Shown here piece by piece: positions 11,557 through 29,370 of a DNA stretch of 64,000 bases. The stretch lies in assembly GCF_009914755.1 (NCBI RefSeq), contig NC_060929.1; one strand, 5' to 3'. The position numbers were made by a program, and so were the translations under genes. Under the pieces are notes generated by a model. It was not told where the DNA came from. It worked only from the letters and a program-made list of their open reading frames with translations, and made no database searches. How positions within the stretch are numbered: position 1 is the stretch's first letter; every line of letters starts with the position of its first letter. The DNA comes from the human T2T-CHM13v2.0 reference genome, Homo sapiens.

Positions 11557-14500
11557 GCTATAGCCCCATTATCTATAAAGCCTCATAGATTTCAGACCCA
11601 CATTAAGGTAGATACATGAAATTTAGAAATTTGCAAGAATTTCCATAATGATAAACATTTTTAAAAGGACATAAACTGTCCAAATGTAAGGGGATACCAA
11701 GGGACAAGAAGAAAACATCAAGCACTGATCAACCTCTTGTTATTTTCTTTGCTGATAAGTTTTCACCTGCTAATTTTTCCCTGAAAGTTATAGGATAGAA
11801 ACTATACGTCAAAGAAAGGTTAACAGTGGGAACATCCTAAGACCAATGGGCAGTCTTAGAATACATTGAATGAAATTTCTCAAAATTTCTTCTCCTTATT
11901 TTCTGAGTTTAAAAAAGCCATAACAATTTATATATCCATATATCCTATGAATTCTGATTGAAAACCTAATGCTATTATTTAACATTATTAGGAAATAATA
12001 TCCTTATTTTTAAAAGTCTACCTCAAACACATTGCGCTGTCTTTCCTAATATTTCATTATTGCCACAATCATCCCTTATGTGAATCATGAAAATAACCTC
12101 CAAAGCCGTCTCTTCCAATATTTCTCTGCTCTAATCCCACAATCTGGCTGTAGCCAGACAATCTTATTAAAATACTGACTGGATCATGTAATTCAAAACC
12201 TTTAAGGACTACTCTTCAAATAAAAATTAAGACCAAATTTCTTGCCGAGTTCAAAACCTGGTACAAATAGTTCCAATTCTATTTTTCAATAATTTTACAT
12301 TTATTTCTACCTCAATGTTTAAGCGTTCTTTATCCGAAAACCAACCTTCCCAAAATTTGTTCCTGCTTGTTGATCTGACCACACTGAAGTGATCTTGGCC
12401 TCATCCTGCCTCAGCTTGGAATTTCTACTCATCTCTCAGAATACACCTACAGAGGAAACCTTTTCAATAAAGCCATGAACAGAATACACATTTGGCAAAT
12501 GTTCATGGGATTAATTTGAAACCTGTTTAGGGTATTTAGTCTACGAAACTCATGACAAAAAACATCCAGACTTTACTTGAATATTTCTGAACTAATTTAC
12601 TACTTCATGAGGCATACATTGCAAATATTTTTTTCTTTCTGTTGAATTGAAATTTGTCTTCTGGAAATTTCAATCCTTCTATCCTAAAAATCCTGCTTTA
12701 ATTTGAGTGTTTTTAGATGTTTTTAATAATTTTTATTGGTAATATGCTTTCTTATTTATTTCTTAATTATTATGATAATTTAGAGATAAGAACTATACAA
12801 CTAGATGTATGCCTACAAAACTTTTTCATGATATATAGACCCTATGTGCACAGTTTTCATTTTAACATATCGAGGACAGAAGAAAAATCACAGCTGATGT
12901 TAAAATATGTAAATATGTGATAACTGCTGCTACACTTCTACATCAGATTCTGAGAAGTCCATCAAGCTGTAATAGGTTTTCTTTTTTTCTTATAGATAAC
13001 CAAATTACTTGCCCAAAGAAGCTCTCATTATCAGAAGGTATACTATAATACTTAACTACATAGTATCAAACTACGAAACCTAAAAAACTTAGCGTTTTTA
13101 CCCAAAAGCATCAATAAAGTCACTGTTGAAATTGCTGAACTCTCATTTATTCATTCAACAATTGCTTACTGAATATTTGTTGATGTCTTAGAGAAACATG
13201 AACAAAATCATGTAGCAATAAGTACCATTCAATTCAATTCAAAATGTATTACACTTTTATTCTATGCAAACCACTGTCTTAACTAAAGAGATACCAAATT
13301 TATCTTCATAGTTGTTATCACATACCAGGAATGCCAAGTATATAAGTTATAACAGGTTGGCTCATGTACAAATAAATAGAGTATTCCTGCAATGATACCA
13401 TAAGAAAATGAGGCTACAATTCTACTAACGTCCCACATAGAGAGAATATAGACACAGTTCACCTGTCCATCCAGCTACTTTATACCCAACCTATAACCAC
13501 ATTATGAAACATCATATCTTTTCAGATTCTAAGAATGCCTGCTACTGGTTTCATGACAAACATATAAACTTTGAATTGCAACTTAAAAAAATGTCAAAAT
13601 TATCCCACAGGATAAAATAAAATATAAACCCATCAAAATGCTGTATTAAATCTACCACCAAAAATGCCTCTTTCTTTTCAGGAAAAAATACAAAACTGTG
13701 ATCCACAGAGAATGACCCTTTCTGATATGTATACATGCATGTCAACTTTTAATTCATGATTCTAAATTGAGAAACCTCAAACAGCTATTTTTAATATCCC
13801 AGCCCTATTCTTATTTTGCATTTATATCCATCATATATCTCAACCAGTGTTATTGTTTATTGTATCATTACACAAATACATAGATCATTTCCATGTTTGC
13901 TCTTTTGGAAGGGGTTTCCTCAATGGAGTTGACTTATCCTCCAAATTTGACCCATTCTTTTAGGCCCAGTTCACATCTTCTCTCCTTCTAGCCCTTACCT
14001 CCCTGTTTAAACATTGAACACTTTTTTCTCCTTAAACTACTAGAGTACTTGTATTCTGGAGTAAAACTTTTGAAATTTGATTAAATACAGTGTACCATCC
14101 ATATCCCCAGAAGAACAGTTTATATAAAGTGATGTATATTTTAAAAAGCTAACTTTTTAAAGAAAGAAATAAGAAGTGATATTTTCTTCTTTTGTTTCTC
14201 TTTTTCTTCTAGTCCTTTCAGTAGTTCTTTGGAATGCAAGGATAAGATAGACAATATTCATAAATAAAACTTCCTCCAATTAAAATATGCCATAATTTGA
14301 ATTTGGCAAATTAGTTTGTGGTATTAGATATATTTTTGTAACTCTATTGGAAATTATTTTCCTGGTTTTATAAACTGCTCTCAACTTTGTCAACTCCAGG
14401 ATTAACTGCATATTGATCCTTAGAATAGTCCACCATAGAAAAATTTGATTAATAAGCCAAAGCTAATTGTGTCTCTGAATATTTTTTATTGTCTTGAGGA

Positions 14501-17500
14501 TTACTGAAGTCTCTGTTATACTTTGTATTTGATCAGACTTGGTATCTTATTAAATATTATTAGTTCATACTGTCTTATTACAGCCAGAGTCCACTATGCA
14601 TTTAAAATTATGATGTTCTTCATATCATGTCCCATATATTATAGATGTGTTAACTTATTAGTTATCTCATTGAAGTAAAAAAAATTCTTCTGCTAAGTTT
14701 CTCAGGATAATATTCAGGAGCAGAAGTCTGCAGACTCTAGACACAGTTCCTTCTTTATTGATTTATGCATAAAGAGAATCATAGGACTTTGTGGAAAACT
14801 GTGTTAGGAAAAAAATTGTAAGACTGCTTTGAGCCTTTATTGACATATTCTGAAGGCTTTGATTTCATAAATGCTAACAAGCCATAAGTATAAGTTGTGT
14901 GACTTTAATACAGACTCCTGGATATTGATAGTTATTAAGAACCTGCACCATAATTAAACCACGATAGTCAGAACAGACAGGAATAATCTCTAATCAGACA
15001 CAATTTCTAGTGGGGTAAAAATGGGAATACATTCATACTACTCCCTTATTTTTACTTCTTTATTAATAAATTGATTCTACTTTTTGGATGAGTTTGTTTC
15101 ATGGCTTCCTTTGATCCCCACGCTATCCCCATCATACACACACATATGCATGTATAAATATTCATGCATACATTCATATTGTAGAAAACAAAAAGATATT
15201 TTCCTACGTATACATTATCACATAGCCTCAAATCTGATCTTCTGTGGCAGAGATTGTATTCCCAATTTCCCCTTAAAAAAAAAAAAAAAAAAAAAAAACA
15301 TGATTTCACTGGGGTCAGAACATTGCCAAGATAAAAAAGCTGTATTTCCCACCCATCCTTATAAATAGAAATGTCCGTGTGATGTCAGTCAAAATATCGG
15401 CTTTGAGCTTCCAAGGAGGTTGACTCAAATAGTCTATACCCTATTACCATTGGTTCTTCATCTTTTCTTCTTTTTGAAGAAAAAACTACCTGAATTACAG
15501 CAAAGATCTTGTAAAAATAAGAACAAGAACCACAACCTGAAAATTGTGGCAAAGAAAGCTAAAAGGACATGATAATATCCCCAATGAAATGATGTTGTCC
15601 CCATACCAGCTTCTTATGGCCTATCTTTGGGCTTCTCTTTATTTGGAAAAAAGCAAATCAAAAATCAATTTTTAGCCACTGTAATATAAGTTACTTGCTA
15701 TATGTAGTCCACTGCAATTCCTACTAATACACCTCCTAAATTTTGTCAGAAATAAGAATTTCAGATAAATGAATGCTAAAATTGAAGCAATCAATTGTGG
15801 TTGATGACATTTCACATTTAACTGGCTCACAGCTAAAAGGTGCAAAGTGTAAGTTAATTTATTGATTTGCCCAGAGTGATAGACTGAAACAACTTTATCT
15901 TAGAGGATTTACCGGGAGGTTACATCACTTCAGATTACTGAAACCATAGTCTATGATGTACAACATTTGGCACATCAATCATTTATTTGCATCAGAGTAG
16001 ACTCTAAATTGTTGTGGGCAAAATCTTGACTTTGTTTTTGGGCATTCCATGGTTCCATATCTACCAAGCAGTATGAGAGGCCTCTCTTTAAACTCATGTC
16101 TCCATCAGTCTCCCCACATTGTTCAAGATGTCAGCTCCTGGGCAGAAGCATGGTGGTGTGGCAGCCTGATCACAGGACTGGCAGGATCATGCTGGCTACT
16201 AGGAAGAATCTCCTGATGGCACAGGGATGACTGGGGGTCTGAGTAAGATAAGCAGAAATTGGAATAAGATAAGCAGGTTATATTGAGAGTGCAGGAAACC
16301 TAAGATATGCACAGCCTGAGGAGGAGGCCCAACGACGTAAATACTGTGACCCTGATAGAAGAGACCATTTGATGGACAATCCCTTCAGGGGCTGAAGAGA
16401 ATCAAAATGGAATGTGAAGAAAGATTAAAACAAATGAAAAATTCATCCTGGGGGTCATTTTTCATCAGAAAACAACAGAAAGAATACAGTTAGATAATGA
16501 AGTTCTTTCAGCCAGTAATTTGTTGAAAAGAGGGAAGGGAATCTTAGCATATGGGGACCAAAAAGTAAACCTGAAGAAATTAGAAAACTCTGTATTACTA
16601 TCCAGAAAACAACTGAGTTTCCTAAGCTAAGAAAAACTTTAAAAATGCCTTCATATAAGATCTCAGCAGCCCAAAGGTACTGATGTAAAAGGTATTTATA
16701 TACATATAAAATGTGCATATATATACATAAATATATAAAATTTAAAACAAATATATATAATTTTCACAGAGGGCCCTAAGACCATTTTGGTAGCTGATTG
16801 CCAGAACAAAAAGAGGGCCATCAAAATCAAGTTATGCTAGCATAAATTATGGCCATATATATTAATTATAGGAATCACAACCAATTTTATTAGAAGGAAT
16901 TTAATGCTTACATTTGAACAACAACAACAACAAAAAGTCTGGCTACTGGGAAATGAGAATCTGAGTTTTCTCCTCCTAAGTAATCAAGATAATGAGAAGA
17001 TCACAGACCACTACAATGAGAAGTTCAAGAAGATGATCAGGTAACACTGAGAGAAGCTTGTGGATCCTGAAAACTGTGTTTATTGTTTACATTGATAAGT
17101 ATAGGATATACTCTAAATCAAACACACAAACATACACACACTGTCCTTTCTAGAGGCCTGCTAATTTTTTAGTAGATAAGTCCGAAAAGTAGGCCATAGT
17201 AGTTCTACTTTTTACATGCTGGGATCTGTGATATTGAATTTGTAATATTTTGAGAAAAAAACAATGTGCAGTTTTCTCAAAATGACAAGCAGTGAGTATT
17301 GTGTTTACTTCCCACTAACATGTTTTCCCCCTCAGTCAACAAAAAGAAATATATGTAGGGTGTGAGATTTTATCACATCAATTTTTAAAAACTATTTATT
17401 CAATAATGTCTTTCATTCCAAATAGCATGAGATTTTGAGTCTCATTATTCATAGAATCTCATTATTCATTGAAACCTGTCTTGGAAAATCTAAGAGGGAC

Positions 17501-19063
17501 CAAAAGGAAAATTTTATTTTCTGTCTTTTACAAACTTGCTGTATTCATTCATTTTAAAATGTATTTTTTTTTTTACCATTTTAGCTCTTATTTGTTAAAC
17601 ATAAAATAAACTTAACCAGGTAGTTAAAAATATTTATAGGTGATTTTTACCTAATAATTAGGTTGGCTTTCTATAAAAACATGTGTTTACCCATAAGAGT
17701 TGACAACAGTTATCTGCATTCTTAGTACCTGTAAGACTTGAATTCATTGCCACAAAATACTGATCAAAATCTTAGTGGATAAAAATAATATTTATGTATA
17801 ACATTTATGAATAAAGATATGGGCATTAATCACTATATTATCAAAAGTATAAGCAGTTCACATATGTGTGCTTAGGTTGGTCCATTCTGTCACAGTACCT
17901 CATCTATATTGTTTTGCTTAGCCTGCTCCCATTGGAGTAATCTTTATTGAACATTATTTGGGCATTACTGCATTGGTCATATGAGAATGTGGCACAAAAA
18001 GTCTTAGGAAACTCATTTTTAATTATCTTTAGGAGCATATTGAAAGCATTGTTCATTGCATGACATGCTTATCTCTTCATAGGGATTAATTGGAAATTAA
18101 TATTTGCATCTGCTCCAGTCTCAGTCTTTGGAATATCTGTATATCACCTAGTAATTGGTTTGTATTTAACTTATGGACACTGATTTATGCAACTTGTCTT
18201 ATTTAGCCTTCCCATTGTCTGTTACATAGCACAGAACTGTATTTGTTATCCACCTAGTGCCAGTACATTGCAAATTATAATATTTCATGTATTAATCTTA
18301 TTTTCATGTTCACTTTCCCTGACCCTATTATCTTTTGAATTTCTTTACATATTAATTTTAATATTATTCTATGATGCTTATTTTATTAACTATCCAAAGT
18401 TTCTCTTTTGTAAACAAGGCAGTATATAGCAGCATCTTAAAAATAAACATTCATCTATGCATTCATTTGGTAAGTATATATTGAGGACTTACATTATGGC
18501 AGAGCCTGTATAAAGTGCTGGTTTTACAATGGAGAATAAGCAGCTTCAAGGAACTTCTTTTAGAGATGAAAAGACATACTACTCAGGCAAGTCATTATAA
18601 TATAATATAAGTGTTATCACATGTACAATGTCCAGTAGTAGCATAAAGGATAAACAAGTCTCTTTTAGAAGACAGATGCTGTATCAGTCATGGCCCTGCC
18701 AAGAAAAGCACGTCATATGCAAACCAGCTACTTTCCTAAGAGGTTTTTTTTTTTGTTTTTTTGGCTTTTTAAAAAATTATTTTAAAGGGCCTGGGAAAGA
18801 TTTAGTAAGAGATGACATAGATCCTTGAGGCTTGTACCATCTGGGAGCCCTTGAACACTTGGACCTGAAGAGACGAAAAGAGAGGTTCAGGAATCCAAAG
18901 AAGATAAATATATAGAGAGAGCACCCTAAAGGAGAGTGAAACCAACCCTCTTTGCAAAGAGGGAGCCAAGAAAACAAAGGCTCTGAACTCCCTTGCAACC
19001 TTCTCTTCTTCTAGCTTCTGGCGCCTCCCATTGGCCAAACTTAACATGAAGCCACAGAGAAAG

Positions 19064-19498
19064 TGTATTAGTTTCCAAGGGCTATGGTACCACAGACTAG
19101 ATAGATTTGAACAACAGAAATTTATTGTATCACAGTTCTGGAGGCTAGTAGTCTGAAATCAAGGTATCAGCAAGGTTGGTTTCTTGTGAGGTTTGTGAGG
19201 AAAAATCTGTTCCATGCCTTTCTCCTACATTCTGGTAGCCTCAGAAATTGCTTGGCTTGTAGATGGCATTATGTCTTTTCATATCATCTTCCCTTCTTTC
19301 ATCTGTGTCTTTGTGTCCAAATCAAATGCTTTTATTAGGATACCAGTCATGCTGGATTAGAACCCATGCCAATGACCTCATTTTAACCTGATTACCTCTG
19401 TTATGACCCTATTTCCAAATAGGGTCGCATGCTGAAGTACTAGGATTGAGTACTTCACCATATCTTTTGCAGGGAGGGGATAAAATTAACCCATAACA
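19064..19498 (-). mobile_element. MLT1B/C-type MaLR solo LTR, nested in an older MLT1-like LTR (approx. 18680-19520)
   Basis: tgtattagtttcc...acagttctggaggctag...aaatcaaggtatcagca...cccataaca; TG...CA ends. Confidence 0.85.
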
Positions 19499-20477
19499 GC
19501 AAGGAGTTCCAGTAATGTGGTCTAAATATTAAATAACGTTATAATATAACTTATTATCAGCAAAGATACAGCTCCACAGTTTTCACTAATCATTAATCAG
19601 CTATGTTATTAAATAAGGGAATTATTATGTTTGGTAGAATAATTTTACAGAACATTAGGGTAAAGACTTCCAATTTAACTAAAACTCAGAAGGTTTTAAG
19701 AATATTCTAGAGTCTTACTTGTTATAGATGAGATTGATTTAGTCAGTTTAAATCGTTCTTAAATTTTAAAACACTATAAACTAAATGACTTTGCAATTTT
19801 ATTCAACTGTATGTTTCTGTTTCTTACCTAATAGTCATGTATCTTACCTAATAACCTATAGTTAGAAACCTTGATTTTATTCCACTTCTTTAAAATATAG
19901 AAATTTACTTTCTTAACAGTATTTCTAATTTTATTCCCCTAAGTTGTTAAAAAAAGTCATGTATCCAGAATTACTTTTGCTGTTATTACCGTCAGCTTCA
20001 TTTTAAGCTATACACTTAAACTTACTGTGTAAATAATTAAATGTATGTGGTCATTTTCATAGGTTATAGAAATGATCATTAAAACCTTTGTTCAAAATCA
20101 CCATGTGAAAAACTAGTGTCAGATTTACTGATTTGAATTAAATTATGCATTGAGTTTCAAACCTGTGCAAAATGAAAGCACAGTATGGCCCTCAGCATCA
20201 ATCTCAACACACAAACATTCATCAGTACTATACCCCTACAATTACTTAGAAGGAAATGTAATTTGAAGCAAAAATTAATCTTACTTAAATTGCCTGCAGT
20301 TTTACCCAAAAGATACTCTGACTTAGTAGAAATCCTTAAAATGTAAGTCTCTTTTCTTTTTTTTTTTTTGTTTTGTTTTGTTTTGCAATCTGAAAAATAG
20401 CTTTTATTTTGCACTAATAAAACCATCAAAAAATATCTTTTGGAAACGACAACTCTGCTTTGAATTGACAACATAGA

Positions 20478-20593
20478 CCAGGGGCTGGTCAACCACAGCT
20501 TCTCTATCACATCCATCCTGCTGCTTGTTTTCCTAAATAGTTGAAACACGCTCATGTCATTTATTTACATATTGTCCAAGTCTGCTTTCACAT
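20478..20593 (+). mobile_element. MER58-like DNA transposon fragment
   Basis: caggggctggtcaac...ctcatgtcatttatttacatattgtc...ctgctttcac. Confidence 0.55.
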
Positions 20594-20594
20594 C

Positions 20595-22970
<2,376 letters not shown>

Positions 22971-23551
22971 TCTTTTCATTAGCAAATTGAGAAAAAAATT
23001 ATTTAAGACAATGAACACTTAGTATCCTAATTTTAATAAAGGTAAGATTTTTCCTAACTTAAAAAGCAAACATACAAAGTATTATAGTTTCTTTGTAAGA
23101 TATTAGACTTGTAAAAGAAAATTATCTTTGTCTGCAATGAATATACAAAGAAAAACTGGGTAACATTTTATTTTGCCTTTAATTTAGACATGGTTTAATA
23201 TCGACATCAAATAAGTATGATAAAATGAATATAAATATAATTATTTTATATACTAATTAATATATTCCGTCTGTACAAATCCAATTGCTTCTTTAAATTC
23301 TATTTTAAATAAGAACAAAATAGGGAGTAATAAATAAATAAAAAGCAAATTAAATGTTTAAAATTATGATTACCCCAAACTAAGTTCAAGTAAACATTAT
23401 TGCTCCATTCTGCAAATGAGAAATAGGAGGATGAGAGAGAAAGTAATTGATTTGCCCCAGTCTACAGAATTAGTCACCTACATACAGTAGAATTTAAGTC
23501 CACTGCTACACTGCTCTGCCTCAGTGCTCACTATAATATTTAGTTTAGGTC

Positions 23552-23924
23552 TTCTTAGGGACTGCATGTTTATGTGCCTGAAATTCATGTGTTGGGGCCC
23601 TAACACCCAATACAATAGCATTAGGTGGTGAGTGCCTTGAGAAGTAATTAGGTCAAGGTGATAGAGCCCTCATAATGGGATTAGTGTCCTTATAAGAAAA
23701 GAAGGAGAGCTAACCCTTTCTAGCCCCTTCTCTTTCCACCAGGTGAGAATACAGTGAGAAGTTGGCAGTCGGCAAACCAAAAGAGGCCCCTCACCAGAAC
23801 CTCACCATGTTGGTACCCTGATCTTAGACTTCCACCCTCCACAACTGCAAAAAATAAATGTGTGTTATTTATAAGCCACCCACTGTGTGGTAATTTGTTA
23901 GAGCGGCCCAGATTGACTAAGACA
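23552..23924 (+). mobile_element. MLT1A-type MaLR solo LTR
   Basis: aaattcatgtgttg...agagccctcataatgggattagtgtccttataag...aataaatgtgtg...gactaagaca. Confidence 0.85.
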
Positions 23925-24772
23925 TGTCGGCTAACTCAGTGAATCAAAAAATTTACTATAAAATAGCAGATTCTAATTCCCAGTTTTTGTCAACCATGTT
24001 TCCCACTGTTGAGGTCATTTGAGTTTCTCCTTTGAGTTTCTATACTAGTGCTTACCTTACATAGGAAGGATAAGGGAGACTCCTTTATCCTTCCTAAACT
24101 AAACTCCCTGGGAGACAACAGTGAGTGGCCACTGTTTACTTCACACTGGTTCCAGTTTCAGCCACTGGCCTTCGGCCTTCATGCACTTTTCATCCTGATA
24201 ACCTGTCTAGTGCCTCTTAGGACCTGCACTCTCTACCTTTCTCTTATCTGTCCCAATCCCACTACTTCCTCTATTCAAAACTAGTTTCCTGTCCCTTCTG
24301 TGCCTACTGACCCAGCCAAAGAGTGTTCTGAGGATAACTACTTGTTCTGAACCTTGGGTTTGGAGAAATCCTTTTTTCTAGAGATATCACTTATTTTGGT
24401 TTTTCCATTGCTCCTATCTTGCAGATACACAGTGCAACTACTAAGCTAGATTTCCTTCTCCTGGGGCCTAGAGCTGGGGATTTCATGTCAACCTCTCCTG
24501 TACTGCCAATCCACTTGAGCTCTCTTTCTCAGATACTTATCCTCATATTGTAATCCTTGCTTTAGGTTCTGGTCTGTTCTGAGCCAAGCTACCATGCTCA
24601 GCCACAGAAGCTGATAGCATGTTATCAGCTTAATCACCCCTGCCACACAGAGGTATGCTCCATCTTATTTCCTCCAATTTGCAAAGAAGGAAAGGGAAGC
24701 CAATTAAAAAGTCTATGAACTAACTTGGGTTTCAGTTGTCTATCAGAAATCTTTCCTTTCCTTCCTTCTCTG

Positions 24773-24898
24773 CCCATCATTCTCATTCTCTCTCTCTTTT
24801 CTCTCTCTTTCTCTCTCTCTCTCTGTCTCTCTCCCATCATTCTCATTCTCTCTCTCTTTTCTCTCTCTTTCTCTCTCTCTCTGTCTCTCTCTCACACA
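24773..24898. repeat. (CT)n-rich tract made of 2 x 60-bp tandem units
   Basis: cccatcattctcattctctctctcttttctctc... begins at 24773 and at 24833. Confidence 0.9.
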
Positions 24899-27800
24899 CT
24901 GACATTCACATCCTTTCCTACACAGACTGAGATAGATACTCTTCTTTTGAGCCCAGAAACTTCCTTCACATTTTAAATGTCTCTTTTCTCATCTATCCCT
25001 CTGAATAGAATGCGAGGGGACTGAAGGCAGACAGAACATGTTGTATTAATTTTTTTATATTTTCATTTGCATGGCATATAGTACAGAGTCAATAAATGTT
25101 TAGTGGTTTAAATTTCTGAAGGTGACATGGTCAGTAATGATGGAGATGGGATCTAAACCAAACTGTGTCTGATTCTAAATTTAGGGTTTTTTTTTTTTTT
25201 AAACCCAAAAATACTCTATAGTCCTAGGGGAAAAATAAATATTAAATTAAAAATAAAATCAATAAGTTTGCTTTAGTTCCATTTATTTATTTACCAATAG
25301 AAGGAGGGTTACTCTGGTGTCTTAATCTTGTAAGTAAATTTAGGGTAAGCAATGAAAATCTTTATTCTCAGAGTATTCTCAAACTTATTAGACTAAAAGA
25401 TGAACTTTTTAAGCAATCTGATATAATAATATATTCTGGAAGAATACTTTTCCTTCAAATATCTGTCTGACCTAACTTCCCTAAATCCTACTATTACTGA
25501 TGTGTACTTATAAATTAAGGTTCTCTGTTCTGAGATTCATCTATTAATATTCTTGTGAATAATATCACTAATAGCTTATATTTCATATATTTAGTGTTTT
25601 AGAGTTATATAGCAAGTATTTCACCCTAGGGCTGACTAGTAGCCTGTATGCACCATTACTATAGACCAAATAGTTTTCATTGTTGAGTTTTACTGGTTGA
25701 TAACATATTTTGATTAATATCGCTTCTGACAAAGAATTTTTCATTTTGATTTTTGGTTATTTGAAAAAGCTTAAGAGGAGGGAAAAGCAGACCTCATTAT
25801 ACCAGTTTTATCAATATGGAATTCAGATCTCAAGGAGATGAAGTAACCTTCCAAAGCAGCATATTAACTATGCTGCTTAATAAATCTTAAAAATATATAA
25901 GCAAAAATCTCCAAAAAGAGAAAACAGAAAGATATCCCCAAAAATTGTCCCTTTCCAAATTTTGCCTTAACCCCCACACTATCTTCAAAATCTATGAACT
26001 CTGACAAGATAATTCTTCCAAAATGTCTTTGCTTGTGATTTTGAGTCTCAATCATAAGAAAAATATAGACCATGTCATTAAAATTGAAAGTATATGTTCT
26101 AAAGGCAAATCTAATTGGCAAAATAATTAAAGATCACAGGCATGATTAGGAAAGTAAAGACAAGTAGAATTTAGTGAAGTTGCCCTTAGCTTTATGGAAT
26201 TCAAAAGTTTAATAGAGACAAATGTGGCAAGAAATATCCTACTCTTATGATGAATTAAAACACAGTAAAGACTGGCATCTACTTTTGAGCTTTAAAATAA
26301 AAAGCAGGTATTTTCCTCCTTCATTCCAGTGGCATTAATGCTTTTTAAAGTTCTCAAGATCCTTTTTCATTCAGCATAAAGAAGAAAAAGAAGTTCACTG
26401 TTATCTATTAACATATTGTTTTTATCTGGTTCAATGCATCCAAGAACACCTTTCCTAAACATGTCTTTGTTTTACTACACACTAACTAAAAATAAAGCAG
26501 AATACACTGTCTCCCTCCCTCATGCCACCACTTTATTCTTTCAATATTTATGAGCTAATTAGTCCCTAATTAGGTAAATAATAAATAATGACGGCAAATC
26601 AGAGCCCAGGTAAAGCCCAATTTTCATGATTTCATTAAACAATTAAGAAGTAGAAACTAGCATGAGTTCTTGGTGGAGGTTTATTCTAATAGTGATTCTG
26701 TCTGATGTATTTTATCTGAAAAGCAGGCTCCTGCTCACCTAAAATATGTCAAAGTAATAAGGAAATATTGTGTAATCTGCAGGGAAGGCGTTAGAAATTA
26801 ATGATGACTCTGGAAAAATCTAGAAATCAGGAGTGTGTAGAAACCAAGTCATTTTGATCAAATCCAAATGGTGTCTTTGGCGGAATACCAAATTAAAATA
26901 GACAAAATGAAAAGTACCCACTTGAATTTAAAAACAGATGAACATAAATATTTTCTCAAAAGTTAAGGTCTTAAGGAAATCTAGTATTCCCCACAGCTGT
27001 CAATCACTTTTGATGTTTCATTATGAAGATTTACTTTTTGCAATTTTACAGCACCATCAATTGCAAATAATCAATTATAAATCTCTTTGTTTTCAAAACT
27101 GGGTTTATCTTTAATATTTTCTACAAATTTGCCAAATTATCCCAAACCAAAGGTGATAAATTATAGATGTGACAGTTTTACAGTATTGTGTGGTTATTTT
27201 AGATTCCTCATAATAAAGATATGTAACATGCTTCTGGATTTTCCTGTTTTTCACATATTTAATTTCTTCTTATCTGTATTTCTATGTCTAATCTGTTAAA
27301 CATAATAGAGACGAATTAAGACAAAATTCTGCAAACAAAGCAAGACTGACCTAGAAGTCAGAGTATTTGGGTTGAGTTTTGACTCCAGTGATTACGGAAT
27401 CTGTAACCAGGTAAGGCTTTTGCTTCTCAGCTCTTTTTTTCAGAGCAGTGAGGCAAATCAGGTGCCACTCCTAAATCATGGGCTTAACTCATGTTTGAAA
27501 ACACTTTATAAATCATACAGCACTGAACACACTAAAACAAAAATAAACAGAAGCCTGCCTTAAGTGACATTGTACAACAGCAACACAACATTAGCTTTCA
27601 GTAAACCTGAGCAAATTTAAATTTTTTAATATGTCACTTTGTGGCTTGGGGAAATGATTGTGTTTTTATATATATATATATACATATATAGTTTTTTTTT
27701 TTAAAATAAAGGGTGCTTTTTTGAGTGGCAAAACTATTGGCTATTACACAATTAGTAAGGACTATACATTAGGCACTTTATGATGTTTCATAGTTACAGA

Positions 27801-28303
27801 ATCCTAATATGAATTCTAAGAACAAATATTTTGGGGTAAAATTTTAGCCAATGAACCTCTTAGGTTCTTGGCTTCCAAGATAATTATGATCTAAAGAATA
27901 CTCTTCATGCTCATACTAAGGACCTTTCAAAATAACAAAGTTTAACTTTAATTAATTTCCATTTTCCAAAAAGAGAATAAACTAAGCACTTCCTGTGTGC
28001 TAACAAATTTAAATTTTGCACTGACTCTGTGTGGTAGGTTCTATTATTAACATAACCATTTGACAGGTAACATAAATGATAGAATGGACAAATTTCCATA
28101 TCTTTCCCAAGGTCACACAGCTAATAACAAGTCAACAACAGGAGTTACCCAGACATCCTGGATATAGCTGGGAAAAGAAGCAAGGATAGACAAAAAGACT
28201 AATGGTGGTGGTGGTAGACAGGTTTTTCTAAAAATGGAATTTTGGATATAAATGCCAAGAAATATGGGGTGTAGTTTCTGGATGTAAAATTAAAGAAATG
28301 CTA

Positions 28304-28304
28304 A

Positions 28305-28339
<35 letters not shown>
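28304..28339. repeat. (CA)n microsatellite
   Basis: acacacatacacacacacaca... Confidence 0.95.
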
Positions 28340-28343
<4 letters not shown>

Positions 28344-28958
28344 ATCACATGAAAAAAACAGCAATAATGGTCATGCTTACAATTGTATCATTACTTCTAC
28401 TCCAAATTCAGTTGTTTCACATGAATAATCTATGGCAACAGTGAAACTGAATAATCCCTGATAAATTTTTCTTCTTATTGACTCTTCCCTTTGAACTGGC
28501 ACTGTTATTGCTACTTCTTAAATGTTTCTCTAATTTGTTCTGTTCTTTTCTCATATCTCCTTCTACCATTCCTTAATTGCTTAATTAATTGCTTTTGTTT
28601 GGGGCCTTGAAATAGCCTTCCCACTGAAATAGGGGACTCTGCTCACTTCAGACTCCTCTGTTGCTATTGCCATTATTGAGTCTTTGTAATGCCTTCAAGG
28701 TTATCTTTGTCCATAAATCTGATCCTGGTACTCTACTAGTCCCGTGTTTTTAAAGAACACCCTCTGTTGTCCTCAGAATACAATTCAGTAGCCATTGTGT
28801 TGTGTAAGTATCCCCTACTTCCCTTCCCCTTTAATTTATCTTGCCCTTTCTTCATCATATGGACCCTCTGTCAGCCACACTTGCCAGTACCTCAAGCATA
28901 CAATTCTCTGTCATTCTGATTTTTTTGCCTGCTAGAATAATTTTTGTCTTGTAGTTTA

Positions 28959-29370
<412 letters not shown>

